Shown in pieces: positions 54,785-64,000 of a stretch of DNA of 64,000 bases. The notes under the pieces were generated by a model, which was not told the DNA's origin, made no database searches, and saw nothing but the letters and a program-made list of their open reading frames with translations. The stretch is from Eledone cirrhosa (taxonomy: Eukaryota). The stretch is from assembly GCA_964016885.1 (NCBI GenBank), contig OZ024744.1, positions 64,046,001-64,110,000 on the forward strand. Direction: 5' to 3'. Within the stretch, counting starts at the first letter, position 1. Every line of letters begins with the position of its first letter. Both the position numbers and the translations under genes were made by a program.

Positions 54785-56935
54785 CTAAAACAGAATATAG
54801 TTATCACAAACACACACACACAAACACACTGAGAAACAACAAACAATAATGATGAAATAATAAATGAAGATTTCTGAATTTAGGCACAAGGCCAGCAATT
54901 TGTAGGGAGGGAGAGAGAGAGGAGAGAAAGTCAATTATAGTGACTCTAGTACTTTTACTGGTACTTTATTTTATCAACTCCTGGAAGGATGTAAGGTAGA
55001 GTTGACCTTGATAGCAGGGATTTGAACTCTGAATGTAAAGGGTCGTAACCTGATGCCTCAAAGCACTTGGTCCGATGCTCTAACACTCCTGTCAATCCAC
55101 CTTCCTTCTTGATGATAAAAACATAATGATAAGGTTCTAATGATGGAGGGTGGAGAATTATTAAGTATGAGGTGTTGGCATATAGAGGTTGGGAAAAAAG
55201 ATTATAATGTGTGTGTGTGTTTGTGAAGTAGTTTACTTAGAGATAGTATAAAAATGTAGTGCTACATGCACTTGTGCATTTTCTTTTCTTTTCTTTTTTT
55301 GTCAGAGAGGGAAGGGTAGTTCCTCTGATCCATCTATTTCAGGGTCTCTTTGTCTGGTGAAAGGGAGTGAGATAGGAAGGTATCCTTAAACTAGAAACCT
55401 ATCCCAAGTGCTTGTAACAAAGTGGCCTTCGCTAAAGGTATCCAAGGGCCGATTGGTGACATTAAACCAGGTGACAGATTAAGTTAATCACCTAAGTAGG
55501 CCACAGTGGGATTTGAACACAGAATGCAAAAACCAGAACGAATACTATTAGGCACCTTATGTAATGCTTCAACAATTCTGCTAATGCAATACATTGCAAT
55601 GATTTGGTATTTTATTTTATCAACCCCGAAAGGCTGAAAGGTGAAATTGGCCATAGTGAGATTTGAACTCAGAATGCAGAGATCTGAAACAAATACTGCA
55701 AGAAGTCATTGTCCTATGTTCTAACAACTGCACAGATAAGAAGATGCAAGACTAGATTCAATGTACTTATTATATTGATAAAGTGGGTTGATATCAGGAG
55801 ACAGTACATAAGTAATATAGTATCGCATGTAACAGTATTGGTGAGTAGAGATAAGAGCCACATATATGATTGGGAGGAATAGAGATAAGAGAATGCCTTG
55901 CACCACATGTTAGATATATATAGAAGAAGGTACATGTTAGATTGAAGTAGTCTAATAGTTTGGTGTTTTTGTCACTGTATAGTAGAAGAGATAGTCAAAT
56001 AGAATAGTGAGAGTGTGAGTGTGTATCTAATAAATATATACATATACATCAGGTCCGAACACAAAGGAACCAAACTCCCACTGTCACTGCCTTCATTTCT
56101 CACTATTATGAAACAATAGGGGCCCACATGCTGGCCACCCTGCTGTTCCAGGTGGATAGAATAGAGAAGGCGTTTCCCCAGAGGATGGTGAGGGAGATGC
56201 ACTAGAAGAACCACGTAGCTAAAGAAGCTATTTAAAATCATGTAACAATGTTACATACTAAATATTTAATTGATAATAACTATTGATTAAATAATGAAGG
56301 TACATGACTTAATGGTTAGGCTGTTAGGCTCAAAATCATAAGGTCATGAGTTCATGAAATCATAAGGTCATGAGTTCATCATAAGGTTCATGGACCTGAT
56401 GCTACATTGTGTACACATTGCTTCAGTCAATCCATCATAAAAAATATGAGCATCACTAGCAGCTAAGGGTTAATGGTGTCCTGTCCAAGCTGGGTTGAGT
56501 CTGGTATTCTCAACTGCTTAATGCCTAATGAAACAGGAATAAGCTCTAGACAGATGAGCCTTAATGTTCAAGAAATACTTTAATTAAACAAATTTAGAAG
56601 TTGTGCTTGGCTGGCAAGTGACTTGATCTGAGACTGTGTTGAAATTAAAACAATTACTGTGTAGATGAATCATTTTAGCCATTTTAAACCACACAAAACT
56701 GTTAACTTATATATATATAGATAACAAAGATACCAGGTGGACCAAAACGCACCAGAGTACTCAATACATAGGGTAGTAAAGTGGGTAATTTGTTCGGATC
56801 TAGCTGTCGAAACGGCCGGAGCTCAGTTGTCGGGGTCCTGACACTTTTTCATATATATATATATAATAGAAGGCTGTCCAATGCCTTGAGCATGAATTTG
56901 GTAGACAGAAACTGTAAGGAAGCCTGTCATATGCA

Positions 56936-56966
<31 letters not shown>

Positions 56967-59552
56967 ATGCATGTGCTTGTATGTGTGTGTGTGTGTTTGT
57001 ATGTCAGTTGCCACAAACATCATATCAACGCCATCAATAAAGCCTGTAGCAACAGTTATCTATGTCACTCATAAATAATGTCAGGCAGTGTAGTGGTTCG
57101 ATAAAACCTTAGTGGCATATATACCATACTTGGAATAAGGTATTGGTTGGCATCAGGAAGGGAATTAGGTTGTAGAAAAATCTTCCAGAAAAGATTTCAT
57201 CCAATCCATGCTAGCACGGAAAAAAAATGGACATAAAAACAATGATGGTAGTGGAAGTAGTGTTGTTGTTGGTGATGGGGTTGTTGTTGGTGCTAGTGAT
57301 TTTTGGTGGTGGTAGAGGTGTTGTGGATGATGATGATGATGATGATACAAGCTATCAGTTTATTTTGAAATATTAGAGCTGTTTACCTTTCTATGAAGAC
57401 AATAATGTATCAGTACCACTTTCATGTTGGAACAGTAAGATTGGAAATGAAACTATGATGGCTAAACATGTTGTTACCATGACCAATTAAAATTATCACC
57501 AACATTAAGCATGAAATAAATATCTGATTTACTTATGTATTTTATCAGTTCATATTACAAAGGATGATGGGATAAATATATATATAATACTGGTAATAAT
57601 ACAAGTTTTTTTTTTTGTAGAAAACTGATGAATTCAGTTTAAATTGAATATATTTAAAATTGATGAATTATTTTCCTTATTTTTTTAGCTATTTATAATA
57701 TATATTGAGAAATATAACCAATGGGGATGTAGATGAGAATATATGAAGTGAAGACAAATGCTGTTCTATTAAATAGTTGATAGATGGGTAGAGAAATAGA
57801 CACACACAAATATATATATATATATATATGTGAGAGAGGGGAGAGATAAATAAGTAGGTAGGTACATGGGTACATAGACAAATGGACAGAGAGCTAAATA
57901 GCCAGACAGATTGATAGATAGACAATTAGTGCAGATAAACAGACAATCACGAAGATAGTTTGCCCAATAGGTGGAAAGGTAAATAGATAGGTGGATAAAT
58001 TAAAAGAGAGAGAGAGAATGAAAAATAAATTTGAATAAGCTATTTTTTAATGTTTCTGTAGAAAATAAAGTTATAATATGAGTGTAATTAGGAAATGTTA
58101 ATCAAATTTCTCATTGAAGTAATGAAATATATTTTGACTACAATATGCAAGGATTTAAAATTCTAGTTATGAAATTTCCATCATTAACCCTTTTTATATG
58201 AACTCGCTTGAAAGCGCCCTTGATATAAAACTGTTTGTTTTAAAGTGTTTACATTTATCTAAAAACCTTTCATCATAATATTCTTTAAAAAAAACCTTTG
58301 TTAAATTATGTGCCAAGCGCTAGCTTAATAACAAGAAATTTATTACTAAATCCCTCCAAATTCTTGATTCTTTCCAAAATTATTTAAGAATCACAGGCAG
58401 TGTCTTTCTTTAGAAATATGGTAATGAAAGATTCTTCTAAAGTTCCATTAATGATAACAAATCGTCATTTCAATCCAGCTGTTTTCAAACCACTGTTTGA
58501 GTAAGCTTTAGTAAATAGGCTTTTAGGCCTACTGGTCAGATGTAGGTTGGACAGGGAGTCCCATCGTCAGGTAATTAGTCCTTACCATAAGCATATAATT
58601 GGCAACAAAACACCAAACTTAAATATAAATATAAAATGTTTGATACTGATAAATAATTATTCAATGATATGAAATCATAATTAGGAAAATTTGAAAATTA
58701 CACAATTTTGCAAAGAAATTCTAGCAAGAAAAGAAAGAAAATTGCTAAGTTTTAACCATAATTAATTATATTGGTTATACTTTAAATAATGATTTTGTAT
58801 TAAGATTCGAGGTCAATCTTTGTAAGAGAGAAAAATTGTTGTTGCTACACCTTATACCTGCAGGTTTAGCTGGCCTCATATGAGGTATCATCTCATGGGA
58901 AGATTCTTGAATGATAGGCCTATAATTTCACCATTTGGTGACAGGAGGAAAAATAAATTTAAACTCAGAATGCACAGAGCCAGAACAGACACAAGGTATA
59001 CTCTCTGACACTCTAACAATTCCACTGATCAATACTTGGATCAATACTTTATTTATTGACCCCAAAAAGATGAAAAGCAAAGTTGACATTGGCATGATTT
59101 GAACTCTGAGCACTAAAAGTCAGAACATTTATGAAAAGTATTTACCCAATGTTCTAATGATTATGCTAATACACCACTAGGGAGGGATTTGTCTTGATTG
59201 AAATCTCCCTTAGAAAAGAGTGAACTGAGATCGTAAGTAGAAAGTAATATTTTATATTAAAATATATAAATAACTGAGGAAATTGAATAAAATTATAATG
59301 TAGAAAATGTTTATCTAATGGCAAATATTTTGAAGACATGAAACAATGCCAACTTAAAATGATTTTGAAAGAAAACAATTAAGAGTATAAAAAGGCAACA
59401 AAATAAATACAAATTAAAACATGATCCATATAAAAAATGAATTAAACACCTGAATAAGTAAGTAATTAAGGAAATTGGGGACATGAAATGAGATGAATAC
59501 ATACTGAAAGACCAGTGATTGTTTAAAATGAGAAGCACGAAAAAGAACTTAC

Positions 59553-59674
59553 CATGACGTGTTTACTATTAACGGCAATATTTGGTATCATGGGTTCCAT
59601 GGAGTGAAGAAACTCCATACCTCTTGCAATATCCAAGGCAAATCTCAAAGCTTGGTTTTGATCAACAACAATAT
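59553..59674 (-). CDS. ILK: ILK exon ([27 protein letters not shown]...NSKHVM)
   Basis: aatag/gtaagt sites; matches human [22 protein letters not shown]; degenerate catalytic loop (IAVN) typical of the ILK pseudokinase. Confidence 0.96.
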
Positions 59675-59772
59675 CTATTTTAAAACAGAAAATCAAATAC
59701 TCAGTAAAACCTACTAAAATATGATATCATTATAATTCATACAACTGGAGGAAAACAACAACAATGACAATT

Positions 59773-59978
59773 TTGAAAATAGGTAGTAATATGTGCTTAT
59801 GCCGTATTTGACTACATAGAATTAGTCTGTTAGTTGGTCCGACAAGATGTGGGTTCGTATCCCATGTACAGCAATACTCATCCTTTCTTCCATTCAGGGC
59901 TGCTTTTAAAATCCCAACTAACAGACTAATTTTATTTAGTCAAATACAGAATAAGCACATGTTACTACCTGCTTTCAA
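59773..59978. mobile_element. MITE-like inverted-repeat element (partial copies at ~27740-27810 and 30575-30700)
   Basis: ~60-bp inverted arms gtagtaatatgtgcttat..gactacatagaattagtctgttagttgg / ccaactaacagactaat..agtcaaatac..ataagcacatgttactac. Confidence 0.7.
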
Positions 59979-60460
59979 ACTTTGCTCGCTGTTTATAAAC
60001 AAAGCCTGCTTTTTATCTCTCTATAACAATGACAAGTGTTTTAAGGCCATCTTTCCCGATAAAGCATAAGTTAGCCTTGTGAGTCCCACTGACGAGCTTC
60101 TTCATTTTCCCCTATCATCTACATCCCACCTCACCAACTTTCATCTGGCTTTCATTTCCCCCTCCATCACCCTCAGCCATGTCTTTCTTGGTCTTCCTCT
60201 TCTTCTAGATTAATTTCCCCCCCCCCCCCCTCCCCACATTTTCATCTTTCTTCAAATGATCCAACAACCATCTTATTCTATTCCTCTTCTCAACATTCAT
60301 TACTGGTTCTATTTCCATCATTCTCTGTGATACATTGTTAAGTCTGAAATAATTAATAAGTTCAATAAATCACTCAAAATTCTTCAATAAATAATTGAAA
60401 TAGAGTTTATTTCATGAGAAATATAGTATAGTCGCAAAATGGTTAAAGAAGGAATTTTAC

Positions 60461-60582
60461 CTGTTTCTCCATGAAGGACATTATAAAGTGATCCATGAAC
60501 CATATATTGACTAATAACGACCAAGTTGGGAAGCTCATTACAACAGGCCAAAACAGGAAGAATATTGGCATGGTTGAATATC
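60461..60582 (-). CDS. ILK: ILK exon (IFNHANILPVLACC...GSLYNVLHGET)
   Basis: tttcag/gtaaaa sites; GSLYNVLH motif; phases consistent. Confidence 0.95.
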
Positions 60583-60624
60583 CTGAAAAATTTAGCAATA
60601 TAGCATCAGAAATACACACCACAC

Positions 60625-60712
<88 letters not shown>

Positions 60713-60825
60713 CACACACACACATATATATGTAGGGAAAATATCAACAAGCAGAAAGAGCACACTATATATAAACAGAGTTAATGTATATTTATAATGA
60801 TTTGTACGCATGATTATCTATTCAA

Positions 60826-60990
60826 AACCACCAAAGATTTCATGAACTAACAAAGCCTGCATAAGCACAGGCTATGTTTGTTAATCATATCATAAGATGA
60901 ATGTGCAAATATTCATTCCAGCTGATGACAAGACTAACAAATATAGCTTGCGCTCATAAAAGTTTTGTTAGCTCATGAATCCTTTGGTTG
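60826..60990. repeat. Hairpin/MITE-like palindrome in an ILK intron
   Basis: ccaaagattcatgaactaacaaa... / ...ttttgttagctcatgaatcctttgg. Confidence 0.7.
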
Positions 60991-61268
60991 CAAATGGATT
61001 AATGTGTGTGTGTGGCCATCATTAATAAGAATACATTAATACATTGAAACAACACAACACTATATGAAAAAGCTGATGATAACAACGACAGTGACAGCGA
61101 TGGTGGCGAAAATGATGATGATATGTAAGAAGTAAAAATGGACATTAGATGATGATGATGATGATGATGATGAGTAAAATAAAAGTACAAATAATCTCAA
61201 TAACTTAATCTGCCATAAAAATGTAGATTAAAATAAGGTGGTGATAACAAGGGATTGTGGATCCTTAC

Positions 61269-61378
61269 CTCAATCGAGGAAATTCTTCTTGAAAATCACG
61301 AGACATTCTTAAAGTACACTCCCTCAACTTTAGTTCTTTGGCTACAATTTCACTCCCTTGCCAAAGCCCATGCAATGT
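61269..61378 (-). CDS. ILK: ILK exon ([16 protein letters not shown]...[12 protein letters not shown])
   Basis: cttag/gtaagg sites; VAK lysine and SRDFxEExPRLR as in ILK. Confidence 0.95.
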
Positions 61379-63779
61379 CTAAGATGAAAAAACAACAAAA
61401 CATAATAATGATTAATTCCATTAGCTTATGGTCAGACATCAACTATAAGGTTTGGGAATAAATAAAGTATCTCAACCACAATTTATTACTGGTATTCATG
61501 AGAAATTTTACTAAAAAAGAAAAACATGTATGCTAAATCTACATCTTGATTAGTTTCATTTGAAATGGTTGATTGGTTGATATGAAAAAAAAGGTATATC
61601 ATTTTTCAATCAAAGGTAGAATTTTTCCAATAGAAAATTCTACTTTTTTTTTAAATTTAGAAAAAAAAAATTTTAATGAAACCCCCCAAAAAAAAGAAAA
61701 GGAAAGAAGAAAAATGAGAATGAAACAACAAAGAAAAAGGAGGGAGGGAGGGGAAAACTCTACAACCCAGCCTGAGTGGTAATTCGCCAAGTTATGCAGA
61801 CACAATGGCAAAGGCATTGCCATGAAAATGGCCAGTGACACCTGCTGCAACAGCTTCATGGGATTCCTTCCTCAGGCAGCTGCTGTCTTTCCAATTTTGT
61901 GGAAGAGAATTTCTTCCAAATTTGTGAAAAAAGCAGTGCAGGGACAAAGGACACCACAGATCTCAATGGTGACTGGTACAAAAACGAAGTAGTTGGAAAA
62001 TTCCCGCTATTTGTTTATCATCTCCTCTGAATATTGGGCAGCAGTTCCCAGGTTTGTGACAGAGAATGAGTCACATGTTGCATCCCATCTTAGGGATTTA
62101 TCTCCCTTGAATCCGGAGAGGCGGGTTTTAAACTTTAAATGTGAAGTTTCATAACTAAATATAACATAACAGTCAATCTAATATTTCTATTGGAATTATT
62201 GTATTTTTTAAAATTATTATAATCATTTAATACATATTGATTGTTGTTGCTGCTGTCCTTGTAACTTAAGTGGTTATCTACCTTTGTGTAAACAACAACA
62301 CAGAACTCAGTTAAACTGAAATCAGTCCAAATATCATTCTTGATATGAAAGGATTTTAACCCTTTAACATTTAAACCAGCCATATCCAGCCAGAATTCTC
62401 TCACCTCGTTCTGTTCAAACCAGCTATAACCGCCCACTTATACTGACATTAAGGTATTGTTCTCAAAATTAATAATATCATTAAAATTTCCTAGATTCCA
62501 TATTATGTAAGATAATTAATTATGTGAGGTAAAGCCTTTACCATGAAAATATAATAGTTGAGTAATGTAAACAACATACACTGTTTACTTTATTCACAGT
62601 TGCATAAATAATATTACAAATAGAATGTCATTGATAAACACAATTATAAACACATATAACAAATACAATTAACTATTGCTAGGAACCTCACAAATACAAT
62701 GCACCAAAATATACGAACAGAGCGGAAAGAAAAAAAAGGGGAGGAACCGAAAACAATAATGACCATCAATTCACCACAAAGTGCGACAATCAGCCCCATA
62801 TCACAAGGGTCAATGGAATATTTTGAGGCAAACAAATATGCTCGCATTGTTAATGCAACACCTTTGTTGTTGGGACTGTCAGTTCCAACGATGTCTATTC
62901 CAGTTGATCGAACAACAGAACAGCCTGCTCATGAAATTAATGTGTACGTGGCTGAGCCCTCCACAGACACATGTACTCTTAATACAATTCTCAGGGAGAT
63001 TCAGTATGACACATTGTGTGACAAGGCTAGCCCTTTGAATGAAAGTACAACTCATTTTTGCCAGCTAAGAGAACTGGGGTAACATTAAATAAAGTGCCTT
63101 GCTCAATGACATGCCAGGAATTGAACTGATGATGTTATGATCATGAGCTGAATACTCTAACCACTAAGCCACACACTTTCATTACCTTTACATTGGTAAT
63201 CAGAAACATACCCAATCAGCTGGGTTTCTCATTAACAAAGATAAAGATTCACTCACTGACAAATTACAATTATTGAGCTCACAGAATCTACCTCATTTAC
63301 TGCCATCACAACCTCTACTCTTCTGAATTTGTTATACATTAACTGCCATGGACATTCCTTTCTTATAAAAAACATAATCACCACCACTATCCCTTTGCCT
63401 GGGTTTTTATTTTTCCTTACTGATATCAACTTTGAAACTAAACACCAACCACATCAACAACATCAAAGATCGTGAATACACCCCCTTCCTTCTGACTTAA
63501 ATATTTAACCCTTTTAATACCAGCCAGCCTAAAACAGTCTCTGGCTCTATGGAACAAAAATCACCCCTATTCAATTAAAATCTTCCAACATAATTTGATG
63601 TAATAACCTTTTGTTATGTTGTTACAAATACCATCTTAATAATTAAACAATTACTTTAGATTCTTCCAATTTCTTCATTAACATATTCAAATATAGTTTC
63701 ACAAGAAATGGGGTCATGAAAAGGTTAAGGAAACAAAAATTACACCAAATGGAATTAAAACTTAAAAGCTTGTACTTAC

Positions 63780-63865
63780 CAGACCTGAATGGGAGTTAGC
63801 AAGTGCTTGTGAGAGTTTTAGTTGTGAAAACTTAACACCTGTATACCTGGATAATGTAGCGTCTC
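63780..63865 (-). CDS. ILK: Integrin-linked kinase exon (DATLSRYTGVKFSQLKL...NSHSGL)
   Basis: ttcag/gtaagt on the - strand; matches human NGTLNKHSGIDFKQL...NHSGEL. Confidence 0.92.
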
Positions 63866-64000
63866 CTGAAATACAAAATTGAAGGTCATTTTACATAATT
63901 TTATATCAATTCCATATGAAATAAACAAAATAGAATTGTTCTGTATTCAAAACCACTATGGTCTACTTTGGCGGTTGGCATAATTTGTTGACTGGTTTAA

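Noticed and set aside
62699-63082. 127-aa ORF as a nested gene
   Set aside because: No recognisable domain; it runs into a SINE-like repeat antisense within an ILK intron.

Overview
AT-rich, repeat-dense animal genomic DNA. The repeat families (RTE LINEs with a C4HC3 finger, Meta-domain tRNA-SINEs, (GAT)n-tailed SINEs, long (TA)n/(CA)n tracts) suggest an octopus-type cephalopod; this is an inference. Two convergent spliced genes were reconstructed by hand from GT-AG sites and frame continuity. ENDOV (endonuclease V) is on the + strand, with 7 confident coding exons at 4136-19765 and a candidate first exon at 190-218. The 3' part of ILK (integrin-linked pseudokinase) is on the - strand, with 7 exons from 63865 to 39947; its 5' exons lie beyond the window. 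Introns and intergenic DNA hold RTE, CRE-like, R4-like and CR1 LINE fragments, a mariner relic, MITEs, a Penelope-like (Naiad-type) element with an inverted terminal copy, and a 3.8-kb 48-bp satellite with higher-order structure. Most notable: (1) a hidden 72-nt paralogous ILK exon at 54713-54784 whose divergence from the neighbouring exon is mostly synonymous; (2) several minimal hammerhead-ribozyme motifs in Penelope-type ends and fold-back palindromes next to (TA)n; (3) a near-identical inverted LINE pair flanking the in-frame catalytic exon of ENDOV. All coordinates were counted by eye; repeat boundaries are approximate.
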